From: Marsupella aquatica
Lineage: Eukaryota > Plantae > Marchantiophyta
Direction of reading: 5' to 3'
Assembly: GCA_973895155.1 (NCBI GenBank)
Contig: OZ316892.1
Span: forward strand, 16,668,357 to 16,732,356
DNA: 64,000 nucleotides
This document shows, one piece after another, positions 26,136 through 37,493 of this stretch; within the stretch, counting starts at the first letter, position 1, and every line of letters starts with the position of its first letter. The notes under the pieces were generated by a model. The model was not told where the DNA came from. It made no database searches and saw nothing but the letters and a program-made list of their open reading frames with translations. A program made the position numbers and the translations under genes.

Positions 26136-26855
26136 CAGTTTTTTTTATCAACCTGTCCCCCTACTTGCCAAAATCTGTAAGTTGTCCCCCAAACGAATTT
26201 ATTTGCTTCCCTACCCCCCATACCATATATGAGTTAGTACTGACCCAACCTCAGGTTCCCAATGCCAGGTGTGAAGGCATAATTGGCCTGCAGTAACCCG
26301 TCCAAGTTAAGCCTGCAGCGGCCCATTTTGGACACAGGCTTTGCTTTGCAATTGACCAGGGAGGAAGCGCAGACCTTGAGCGCAGCCCTCGCCGACTATT
26401 CCCCACCCCTTTGCAGCTCAACTATTCCTGGGAGGAAGCACAGCTCTTTAGTGCAACCCTCCCCGACTATTCCCGGCCCTTCCCAGCCCAACTATTCCCG
26501 GGAGGAAGCACAGCCCTTATGTGCAGCCCTCCACGTCTCTTCCCAGCCCCTTCCCAGCCCCTTCCCAGCCCGACTATTTCTAGTCGGTCCTGACTATTCC
26601 CAGCCCCTTCCCAGCCCCATGTTTTCAAAGGAAACGCAAGCCCTGTTTTTACAAAGAACAGTGTCCCAAATGTTTACACATTCGCCTCCCCGTAAATCAT
26701 TTCAGCAGCTCGCTCTCCATCCCTAGTTGCTGTAACATTTGATAGGTTTCCTATCTTTGCCCCTAGGGTTTACACACAGAGGCACAGCAAAGTTGTCACT
26801 TTGTGCCATCATTTTCCCTGCATTTTCTTGCCCTATTTTTTACAAAGAAAAACAT
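26136..26855 (+). repeat. MULE left TIR (~720 bp) with internal CCGACTATTCCCAGCCCCTT sub-repeats
   Basis: Aligns by eye to the reverse complement of 37221-37493 and then 30400-30751. Confidence 0.85.
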
Positions 26856-27299
26856 CGTGAAAGACTTTTGTCTCACTGAGTGAGCTGCATTCTGTGAAAC
26901 ACACCCGAGTTTGTAGCATTGACAGAGCCAAGAATTTATCATTTACTGTTGGCTCAGAGGTGCCTCGGAGGCGCCACAGTTGCCACGGCTAAGGATGTGA
27001 CAACAACTGCAATATCAAAGGTATGAGTTCTTGGAACAATGAGGCGTTTATTGAAATTTGGATGTCCCTGCACTAGCAATCTGATGTCTTGGACAATGTT
27101 GTTAGGCTGACAATATAGGCTGAATTAATTTGGAAAGTTGTTGTTCCAAATGAAACTCATTTGTTCTGTTGATACCGTTCAGAGCTTTAGGCAAATCGTT
27201 TAGAGCAATTCAAACCCAGACCTGTGAACATAGTCTGAAACACTTCCTTGCACTAAGATTTCAATTTTCGCTTTCAATTTCTATTGTTATGATGTTAGA

Positions 27300-29210
27300 A
27301 ATCAGAAATTAATGATACTAGGTGTATTGGATCCATAGAGACCTGTTGAGTTGAAAGTCCGGACCACATTTGAGAATTGGGAGGACTTGAAGAAAGTCAT
27401 TGTGGATGAGGAAGTAAAAAGAGGGAGAGTCCTTGTCACCCAAAAGAAGGACCATACAAAGTGGAAGGTAAGATGTTGAATGAATGATGACACCAATGAA
27501 AGGCAGTGCCCCTAGCAGCTTAGGGCAACTAAGAAATCTAGAACCGAAACAATTACCATAACAATAGCAAACTTGCAGCACTCTTGTGAAGCTACAGATC
27601 ACTACCACCGCGGGACGGATTCCAATTTAGACAGGCTTGTTGACTGCATCATGGATATTAGCAGTAAGAATTGGCAAACCAGACCCTCATTTTTGATCCA
27701 TTCAACCCAAGCATTAGTCCATCTAGATATAAAATACCACATTGCATATGCTGCAAAGCAAAGGTGTTTGAAACGATTAGATGGAGATCAGACAGAGTCC
27801 TTCAAGGTCATCCATGCCCATTGCCACCATATCCTTGAGTGTGACCCAGGGGAATTTGCTAAGTACAGGGCTCCGAGTGGTCAATTGGATATGCTGTTTG
27901 TTTGCCCTTTTGCTTCCAAGGAAGCATATCGTCATTGCAGGCCAATGATGGCCTTGGATGGCACCCACAAATGGTGTATGTATCCTAGAACAACAACAGA
28001 TCCAAAATATTATTCAAGAGGCTCACTGTTCCCTGGTTGAAGGCAAGTAATTTTCATTTGTTATAATTGTTTTGATATGTTGTAGAGTGTATGTTTTCAC
28101 AGATGTTGCATGTTTTCACAAGAGCACTGTACAATGGTTTTTGGCAAGTGGGGCCATGAAACTTCCCAGCAAGCCAAAAGCGAGGCCGGAAGCAGTAATC
28201 ATGCATTCAAACCCCAGCAACAGGAGGTAAAATTGAATGTCTTCTCAAATTTGGTATAATATCATGGTCAAATATTTCAAAAAGCGGGAGTTGGCTGCAA
28301 GTGTGACAAGTCCATTCCCACCCAATCTTTTGGCGTATTTGAAGGAGATTGAAGAGAAAGAAACTCACTTGACTACCCCTTGGGGGGTTGACTATCAAAA
28401 ATCTTAGGAACACATGTGATCCAAAATAAGTCATTTTAATAGAAATTAACTAAATTTTTAGGAGGCAAAGAAGGTATGATAAACTCATGTTTATAGAATA
28501 TACCTTAATATATACCTTTTATAAAATAAAATAGATTATTAATGCTGAAAATGGAGAATATTTTTAGAATATTTTCTCTCTAAAATAAGTCTATTTATAT
28601 TAGGCTATGATTTATGTGATACCCCAAAATATACACTTAGTTAACCCCCCAAGGACTGCCCACCCTTCCAATGCAATTGAGGTTTGAATTACTGATGACA
28701 AAATAATCAGTATCCTGTGCAATTTGAATCGGAGTGGTTTTGTAGTTCTGGCAATTTCCAAGACACCTTGTTGCCTTGTGTGCATGCCTGACGGGCCTTG
28801 ATCAGATTGTGTTTAAGGCATTATGATTATGTTTCCCCATTGTATACAACTGGACACATTTTGGGCATATGGCCCATCTCCCTGCCTGAGGAGTGAATTG
28901 TTGCCAGACCTTAATTGTGGACCACCGTAGAAGAAGCGGCGGAAAGGACATCCTACAAAGCGACTAAGGATACAATTTCAAGGTGAGGAAGTGTGTAGGC
29001 TGTCCAGGTAGTGTGTGTGCTCAGCGAGGCCAGGATAGGAGGAGCTGCCCAGAACGAGAGGCAGCAAGAGAAGCCCTTTGATTGAATGTTGAGAAGAACG
29101 TTGACGGCATGGACATGAACAACAATGATAGTAGTCAGGAAATCTTGGACATAGGGAGCTTCTCTCAGCAGCTACAGACTATGGAATCACAGATATTAAA
29201 CCTATAGGCC
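27300..29210 (+). pseudogene. MuDRA-type transposase pseudogene (MULE domain and SWIM zinc finger)
   Basis: AYAAKQRCLKRLDGDQTESFKVI...DPG and YRHCRPMMALDGTH (first catalytic Asp motif). SWIM remnant NLNRSGFCSSGNFQDTLLPCVHA...YDYVSPLYT, then PP.KKRRKGHPTKRLR. Contains stops and frameshifts. Confidence 0.85.
28379..28653. mobile_element. 275-bp MITE with 16-bp TIRs and 8-bp TSD (hAT-type), inserted in the MULE transposase
   Basis: TIRs CTTGGGGGGTTGACTA / TAGTTAACCCCCCAAG (15 of 16 match). TSD GACTACCC (28371-78) / GACTGCCC (28654-61). AT-rich core. Removing the element and one TSD joins the frame EEKETHL-TAHPSNAIE to the SWIM motif, with one stop remaining just before it. Confidence 0.8.
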
Positions 29211-29506
29211 AATTTTTTTCAAAGAATGTGTGAGGTTGGAAGAGCACAATAGCCTAGGGACAGGCTTTTTTGTGACACTGGACCATTTGCAATAAATTTT
29301 GACAATTCTAGTGAAAGACATGTGGAATGAAATGGGGGCATCACATGTCACTGTTTAGACAAAGTTAAACAGACAGAGACAAATTTGAGACATTTTGTGT
29401 GCAAATCGAATGTATTATTGCAAATTTGCAAATTGACATGAAAGGTAACATATGCCTGAGTGAAAGATACTGGAAAACTGAACTACTGGGACATTCCCCA
29501 AGTACC

Positions 29507-30050
29507 TCATGCTCTCAACCCATTGCTCATGTACTCTACTACCTCTGCCCTAGTCTTAAAATGATTTAAACTTACAATCACTAAATCCCCATACTTGTTG
29601 ATTACATTCATCCCATGTCTCATAAATCCCTGGCTGAAATCCGCAAACAACGACATAGAATTTGCGATTATGCCCTGCTTTCCACACGGTTGTTGGGCCA
29701 TTCACATACTCCACAGGCAACCCAGGGCCCATCCTAGCTGAAATTGTCCCTGGTTCTCCTACTTTGCCATTATTAGTTGTTGTTGCTGGTGCTAGACCTG
29801 GTTCTCCTACTTTGCCATTATCAGTTGCTAGTGCTGGTGCTAGACCTATCGGTGCAAGGCCTGCATCCTCAACTTTCATCTTGTCAGTTATCCATAGGGG
29901 CTCCAACCTCGACCTTCATCCTATCACACCTATCCACAGGTCGCTTCTCGTGCTCACTCGTGAAATCTGGAGGCATTTTAGGTGCAGAAGGCGTAGGATT
30001 GGGTAATGTATCTATGTGCTGAGAACTCTTCACACAATATGTGTAGCACT
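29507..30050 (-). pseudogene. MULE accessory gene with an RNase H1 N-terminal hybrid-binding (Cauli_VI-type) domain, frameshifted
   Basis: RKFYVVVCGFQPGIYETWDECNQQVWGFSDCKFKSF, then after a 1-nt shift in a T run KTRAEVVEYM. This matches the HBD consensus KFYAV..G..PGIY.TW.EC..QV.GF....YKSF.T..EA..Y. It is preceded by a 16-aa duplication (GLAPA..T.NGKVGEP x2). The 5' limit is uncertain. Confidence 0.8.
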
Positions 30051-30399
30051 ATCCAACAAGTTTGAGATGAAACAAAAAATTGAGGCAAGCAGTATAACAA
30101 CTAGCCAAATGCATATAGCAAATACGTTGATAACAATGCCCCACTTTGCCATGGCCACAATGTCCCTCCCTGGTCACGTTCAAAATTGAAGGCAGCAAGA
30201 GAAAGCAGTCGATTGAAAGTGGTACTTAGACTGCTCCTCCTAGCAACAGGGTATTAAGCGTCACCCTCGGCCTGAGCTAGATTAGGTGCGCTGCAGGGAG
30301 GTAAGACGCTTCCAAACAGCCAGCACCTCTGAAAAAATCCCTACACGCAGACTTCCTCTCGGGTTTTGTCTAGCTGGTGTCTAGCTGGGAAATAAAAAG

Positions 30400-30751
30400 C
30401 TGTTTTTGCTATGAAAAATGAGGGCAAGAACATGCAACCTGAAATAATGGCATAGGGTGACAACTGTGTTGCGCCTCTATGTATAACCCCTAGGAGCAAA
30501 GACAGCCTGTGTTTTGATTGTTGTAGCAGCTAGGGATCGAGAGCGAACTGCCGAAAGTGTGGAGGCAAATGTGTAAACATTTGCGACACTATTTCCTTTC
30601 AGAAAATGGGGCTGGCTTTTCCTTTGTAAAAATGGGCCTGGTGTGTCAATGCTGCATAGTCAGGTGGGGAGTCAGGGCTGCGTTTTGTGACTTGGGCACA
30701 TAAGGGCTGCGTTTCCTCCCGGGAATAGTCAGGCTGGGAAGGTGCTGTGAA
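30400..30751 (-). repeat. MULE right TIR, inner part (split by the Copia insertion)
   Basis: Reverse complement matches ~26480-26855 (e.g. GGGAGGAAACGCAGCCCTTATGTGC, AAATGTTTACACATT, CTTTGCTCCTAGGGGTT). Confidence 0.8.
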
Positions 30752-31172
30752 TGTTGGGTATTTACTCTTACGTCTAGGTTAGGTATGACGTGGTTGGTAC
30801 AACAACGTGGGTTGGTACAACTACGTGATTAGGTACAACTACGTGATTAGGTACAACTATGTGGTTAGGTACAACTACGTGATTAGGTACAACTATGTGG
30901 TTAGGTACAACTAAGTTGCACACTATATCATAAGAGACATGTGTGCTTGGAGAGGTAGAACCAAGGCTCATTGTTATGGAGCCACTTGAGAGATAGGGAG
31001 AGCTTACACTGTGGAGACTCGGTATAGCCGACGGGCTTAGAGTTCAGTAAAGCTCTCTTGTGTGTTCCCGTGGACGTAGCCTCAAGGAGGTGAACCACGT
31101 ATCTCTTGTGTCGACTATTGTGCGTTGGATGGTTCATGGGCTTGCCGTTGCGATCGTCGTCTATGCTCAACA
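30752..31172 (+). repeat. Copia 5' LTR (421 bp), with an 18-bp tandem array at ~30788-30913
   Basis: TGTTGGG...CTCAACA. Differs from the 3' LTR at about 5 positions by manual comparison. Confidence 0.95.
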
Positions 31173-31174
31173 AT

Positions 31175-31186
31175 TGGTATCAGAGC
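31175..31186 (+). promoter_or_regulatory. Primer-binding site complementary to initiator tRNA-Met
   Basis: TGGTATCAGAGC, 2 nt after the 5' LTR. Confidence 0.95.
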
Positions 31187-32298
31187 ATGTTTGGGAGGTG
31201 ACGTGTGTTTGTGACGGGATTTCATGACGGTTTTTCCAGCATTGAGTGTTGGTGGATTTTCCAGAGTTCCATCGCATGGAACTTGGAGTTTATGGGCTCA
31301 ACGGATAGATCAGGGCAAGAGCTTTCTAACGGTGTGAAGAAATCGTTGAACGGAGCTCGTGATGCAAAGAGATCTAAGTTTTCGTCGTTTTGGATTTTGT
31401 GAAGAAAGTTGGCAATCGACTCGGAGGGAGAAGCGTCAAGTGTTTTGACTCAACGGAGAGATTGAGGCAAGATGATTGTTTTTGAGTCCGGGATTGGCTC
31501 TTTGATGCAAAGAGGAAGGCTAAGCAAAATCAATTACCTTGTTGGACTTGGTGACGGCACCAAGTGCAATTGATCAACATTCGTTGTTGACAAGGTACGA
31601 AATTGGCTATGGCAATTGAGAGAAATCTGTCATCTTTACCAATTTTTTTCTCCCTCGTTCTTTCCTCATTTTGGGTGCTTCTTATATTGATCTTCATCGC
31701 CTCGAAGTCTAGTTTCCAAATCTGAAATCGGATCTTGATTTCGTCAAAACTCGAGTGAGATATCTTGCGTTTGGTGTCGAGGGGTACATTCTGCCGTGTG
31801 TATTTTCTGCGCGCGCGACCAGATTTCGACGACGAAGGGTGGTAGGGGGTTTTGGGGGTTCGAGGACACATGTCAGCCCCTCGATTGTTCTTCCAAAATT
31901 CCCATAGGGCCTGTACAAGGGTCATAGAATATTCCAAAAAACCAGAGAGCTATTTTTTGACCGTCCGACAAAGATTTCATCCGCCGAACGGTAACTTTTT
32001 TGGTTATTTTTCGGCGAGGTCGTAGCCATTGAAGTTGGCAACGCAGCGCACCAATCACATCGCAATTCCGACAACGGGTTGTACTTGGTATTTCGGTTAT
32101 TCCCTGAGGTGGTCAAAACGGGGGAGTTTCCCAAGGTTTTACCCACCTCGACCGAAATTTGAATAACTTTTCCGTCAAATTTTGATTTTAATTTCGGTTT
32201 TCAATATTGGACTCCTAGCTTTGTGGGCTATGCGGCGGTGTTGAGTTTCGAGTTTTTTGAGAAGTTGTGAAAAACAACATTTTTTGTGATTTTCTCAT

Positions 32299-35200
32299 AT
32301 GAGTGATTCGGAGGAGTTTTTCAAAGACGTGGAACTTGAAGCACGAGGATCACCGCGGAGGTTTTAGGGGCAGAGAGAGGAGCAGGAGGAAGAGCACGTG
32401 ACACCGATACCATCATCGGTGCGGCGTGTGGTGGAGGAAGCAGTACTACTACCGGAGCTCACGGTAGTGCCAAAGAAGAAGATGGGGACTTTCAAGCTTG
32501 GGGGACCCAAGTATGAAGTGACAAAGTATGATGGGCGCTCTGACTACTTGCTATGGGAGAAGCAAGTGAAGGGAGTGCTTTATGCGTCAGGGATGGGCCA
32601 ACTGCTGAGCCCTCGTGAAGACGATGTTGATGAGAAACAATGGGACCGCATGCAGGAGCAGGGAGTGTGGTGTGTTACACTCTATCTCATGCCTCCCATC
32701 ATCAAGCAGTTGGGTGCACATAAGGATTGCATGTCCTTGTTTGCGGAATTGCAGAGCAAGTATCACCGCAAGGAGTTGTCGAACCGGCTCTACACTTCCT
32801 ACAAACTGATGAGTTTCAGGATGAAGGAATCTGGTACGAAGTTGCAAGACCATGTGGATGCTTTCAACGACATGGTCGTTGACTTGGAAAATCTTGGGGA
32901 GACTTTGAATGATGAGACAAAGGCTCTACAGCTTCTTAGTTCATTGCCTCCATCTTACCAGTCCCTATCACGAGTGTTGTTGCATCGTGATAGGGATACC
33001 ATTTCATACAATGACGTGGTAAGTTCTCTGCTTAGTGATGATCTTCAGCAGAAGATGCACATCACGTCACAGCCTTCATCATCTGGTGCTGCCCTCAATG
33101 TTAACCGTGGGAGGAGTATGCAGCGACCAACTGGGGACCGTAGAACCCAGTTTAGATCTAAATCCAGATCTAAGTCCAAGGGTAAATCCCCTCAGAGGAG
33201 GCAGGTGACATGTTGGAAGTGCAACCAAGTTGGACACTTCAAGCGAGACTGTAAGGGAAAGGCAGCGGAAACTTCATCGGCAAATGTGGCTAGGGCTGAT
33301 GGAGAAGCTGATTTACTCAATGATGAGTATGTTTTATGAAGCCGGGGGTATGCCCTGTGCACGTCATCTAGGAGAGCAGATGATGTGTGGATTCTTGATT
33401 GTGCTTGCTCTTTTCATATTTGTTACATTCGTGAGTTTTTCAGTTCTTACTCTGTTTCAAACAGTTCAGTTCTGATGGGAAATGATCACTCCTGTCAAAT
33501 TGAGGGAATTGGGTCTGTGAAGATTCAAATGTTTGATGGCGCTGTGCGCACAGTGTCTGGAGTCAGGTATGTACCTGGCATGCGTAAGAATCTGATTTCA
33601 CTCGGTGTGTTGGATTCAAATGGTCATCAATGGAGCGTTATTGATGGTGAACTTTAAGTCAGGTCGGGAGAGACAATGATTTTGAAGGGGAGTAGACAAA
33701 AGAATTTGTATGTGTTACAGGGCAATACTATATGTGGAGAGGCCAATGTAACCAAGTCTCACGAGGAGATGACTCAACTGTGGCATTCATGGCTAGGCCA
33801 CATGAGTGAGAAGGGTTTGGCTATCTTACGGAAGAATGGACTCATTTCTTATTTGCAATTTTGTAAATTAGAGTTTTGTGAGCATTGCATTCTTGGAAAG
33901 CAGCATCGTCGTGCTTTTGGTGTTGGAATTCATCGTTCCAAAGCGGTTCTTGAGTACATACATAGTGACGTGTGGGGTCCATCCCCGACTCCCTCACACT
34001 CTGGAAAGTTGTACTATGTATCATTTATTGATGATTACTCAAGATTTGTGTGGATTTATTTCATGACACATAAGTCTGATGTCTTGTTTATTTTTAAGAA
34101 GTGGAAGGCCCAGGTGGAGAATCAGACTGGAAACACGATCAAGTGTTTGGATACAAGGGTGAAGAGTCTGAGGTCAGACAACGGCAGGGAGTACACTTTA
34201 ATGGAATTTGAAGAGTACTGTTTAGAATAGGGGATAACTCGCCATCTCACCACAGTTTATACTCCGCAGCAGAATGGTGTCGCTGAGAGGCTCAATCGGA
34301 CACTGTTGGAGCGGTCACGGAGTATGTTGAGCCAATCAGGTTTACCACAAGAATTTTGGGCAGAAGCTGTCAATACCGCAGCTTATTTGGTAAATCTTTC
34401 TCCTTCTAGTGCTATCAATTTCAAAACGCCGTTTGAGATGCGCTATAAGCAGCAAGCAGACTATCATGGCTTGGTAGTTTTTGGAAGTGATGCATATGCT
34501 CTCACACCGAAGCAGAATAGGACCAAGTTGGATCCTACCTCCAGGAAATGTGTTTTTCTTGGGTACCAGAGTGGTGTGAAAGCCTATAGGCTATGAGATC
34601 CTATTGCCTGTAAGCTCGTTGTCAGTAGGGATGTTTCCTTCAATGAATCCAGATTATTGAAGGAGGGGGAGAATACTCAGGTCTCCCGTACTGACAAAGG
34701 AAAATCTCCTATCCCGGATCTCGTTGAGGGGGAGATTGGTTATGAGGTGCATGACCGGAGAGAAGGAGTTGCTCCAATTATGGAGCTGGTTCCTGTGCCA
34801 GAGGAACCAGAGGAGTTTGTTGATGCTGGTGAGCAGCAAGTGGATGCTGTTGAGCTTAAAATTGTACCAGCACACGCAGATCAACCGGAGTCATCGGCTA
34901 GAAGAACATCTGGTCGCACTGTACGCGCTCTACCAAGGTATGGATAGTGGGTTGATTCATCTCAACTGCAAGAGGATGATTTTACAGCTGATGATGAGGG
35001 TGATGCGTTAATTTTGGAAGAAGGGGAACCTTCTTCATTTCATGAGGCAAGTGCTTCAAAGGAGAAGCAGAAGTGGACTGCAGCAATGCAAACGGAGATG
35101 CAGTCACTAAAGGACAACAAAACTTGGGAGCTTGTTAAGCTGCCTAAGGGTCAGCAAGTGGTGGACAGCAAGTAGATTTACAAGCTGAAGGATAATTCCA

Positions 35201-36609
35201 TAGGAGGTGGATCGAAGGTCTACAAGGCTAGATTGGTAGCAAAGGGATTCACACAAGAGAAAGGTGTGGATTACAATGAGGTCTTCTCACCAGTTGCTAA
35301 GTACTCTACAATACGACTATTGTGTGTACTTGTTGTAATGTTTGGTCTGCTGCTAGATTAGATGGATGTTGTCACAGCTTTCCTCTATGGCACATTGGAA
35401 GAGGTGATCTTCATGAGACAACCGCTAGGTTTTGTGAAGAAAGGACAGGAGGAATTGGTTTGCAGATTGCTGAAATCCTTGTATGGGTTGAAGCAGTCAC
35501 CAAGACAGTGGAACAAGCGGTTTGACGATTGGATTCGGTCACAAGGTTTTCACAGAAGTGTATTTGACCATTGTGTGTATTTGAAACCGGTAAAGAATGT
35601 TGTCTTTGGGTTCATTGTTTTAGTACTTTATGTGGATGATATGCTAATTGCAGCCAAGGATAGGTCTGAGATTGTTAAGCTCAAGGCACTGCTTAGTGCA
35701 GAGTTTAAGATGAAGGACTTAGGGCCAGCTAAGAGGATTTTGGGTATGGAGATCACTAGGGACTTGGAGGCTGGCAAGCTATGGTTGACGCAGAGCAGTT
35801 ATGCGAGGAAGGTAATTGCAAGGTTCAACATGGGGAATAGCAAGCCAGTAAGTACCCCGTTGGCTCCACACTTCAAGTTATCATCAGCGTTCTGTCCTAC
35901 GGATGACACAGAGAAGGGGTTGATGTCAAAGGTTCCGTATGACAAGGCAGTGGGGGACATGTATTTGATGACTTGCACTAGACCTGATCTTGCCATGGCT
36001 ATGGGCAAGGTGAGCAGGTACATGTCGAATCCAGGGAAGGTACACTGGGAAGCAGTGAAGTGGATTATCAGGTACTTGAAGGGTACCGTGGATCATGGTC
36101 TTTTATTTGATGCGAATGCAAAGAATGCTAAATCATTGATTGGCTATGTTGATTCTGACTATGGACAAGATTTGGACCGAAGGAGATCAACAACAGGATA
36201 CGTGTTCACACTTGGCGGTGGATGCATAAGTTGGAGGTCTACTTTGCAAAAGTGTATTGCTCAGTCTACTACAGAAGCGGAGTATGTTGCAGCTGCGGAA
36301 GCAGCTGCGGAAGCGATTTGGTTGGATAGACTTATCACTGAAATGGGATTGCCACAGGGGAATGTGAAGCTCCATTGTGATAGTCAAAGTGCGCTCCACC
36401 TTGCTGTGAACCAGGTGATGGACAACAGAGTGAAGCACATTGACGTTAGGTACCATTTTATCAGGCAGGCTGTGTCTGATAATTTGTTTGAGCTAGTCAA
36501 GATTGATGGTAAACTCAACCCGGCTGACGCATTTACCAAAGTGATTCCTTTGAAGAGTTTCTCTAGACACCGTGACGTATTGCAGGTTTTGCAATTGCAT
36601 CACAAGTAG
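32299..36609 (+). pseudogene. Copia gag-pol polyprotein, single frame with in-frame stop codons
   Basis: Gag KYDGRSDYLLW and CWKCNQVGHFKRDC; protease WILDCACSFHIC; integrase LWHSWLGH..CEHC, IHSDVWGP, SDNGREY, QQNGVAER; [34 protein letters not shown]; RNase H STTEAEY, CDSQSA, ADAFTK. Eight in-frame stops were counted and no frameshift. Confidence 0.92.
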
Positions 36610-36784
36610 AGTTTTCTTAACATTCATTGTAATTACTGATATATGCTCTTTATCATTCCTATGTATTAGGCTACGGCTTAGTTCTGGTTTGCTCTAGTTA
36701 GAGAGGGAAACCGGTTTGGTTTTTGTCCAGAACTTCCCGCTGAGGGATCATATACATTGGCAGTATTACTCTCCCCTAGACCAG

Positions 36785-36799
36785 AGTCAAGGGGAAGAT
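36785..36799 (+). promoter_or_regulatory. Polypurine tract
   Basis: AGTCAAGGGGAAGAT immediately 5' of the 3' LTR. Confidence 0.85.
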
Positions 36800-37220
36800 T
36801 GTTGGGTATTTACTCTTACGTCTAGGTTAGGTATGACGTGGTTGGTACAACAACGTGGGTTGGTACAACTACGTGGTTAGGTACAACTACGTGATTATGT
36901 ACAACTATGTAGTTAGGTACAACTACGTGATTAGGTACAACTATGTGGTTAGGTACAACTAAGTTGCACACTATATCATAAGAGACATGTGTGCTTGGAG
37001 AGGTAGAACCAAGGCTCATTGTTATGGAGCCACTTGAGAGATAGGGAGAGCTTACACTGTGGAGACTCGGTATAGCCGACGGGCTTAGAGTTCAGTAAAG
37101 CTCTCTTGTGTGTTCCCGTGGATGTAGCCTCAAGGAGGTGAACCACGTATCTCTTGTGTCGACTATTGTGCGTTGGATGGTTCATGGGCTTGCCGTTGCG
37201 ATTGTCGTCTATGCTCAACA
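36800..37220 (+). repeat. Copia 3' LTR (421 bp)
   Basis: Direct repeat of 30752-31172. Confidence 0.95.
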
Positions 37221-37493
37221 GTGAAGGGGCTGGGAATAGTCGGGGATGGCTGCGCTCCCTCCTGGGTCAATCGCAAAGCAAAGCCCACATCCAAAAAGGG
37301 CCACCATAGGCTTAACTTGGGCGGGTTATTGCGGGCCAATCATGCCTTCACACCTGACATTGGGAACCCGAGGTTGGGTTAGTACTAACCATATACGGTA
37401 TGGGGGGTAGGGAAGCAAATACATTCGTTTGGGGGGGGGACACCTAAGCTTACAGATTTTGGCAAGTTAGGGGGACAGGTTGATAAAAATCTG
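37221..37493 (-). repeat. MULE right TIR, outer part
   Basis: Reverse complement matches 26136-~26400 (TTATCAACCTGTCCCCCTA..CTTGCCAAAATCTGTAAG..TATTTGCTTCCCTACCCCCCATACC..GTGTGAAGGCAT). Confidence 0.9.

Larger units (their letters stand above)
30752..37220 (+). mobile_element. Full-length Ty1/Copia LTR retrotransposon (Tnt1/Tork-like), inserted in the MULE right TIR
   Basis: TSD GTGAA at 30747-30751 and 37221-37225. Two 421-bp LTRs with TG...CA ends. PBS and PPT present. Domain order is gag-PR-IN-RT-RH. Confidence 0.97.

Noticed and set aside
30774-30971. ORF with VVPNH repeats (also 36822-37019)
   Set aside because: Antisense translation of the LTR 18-bp array, not a gene.
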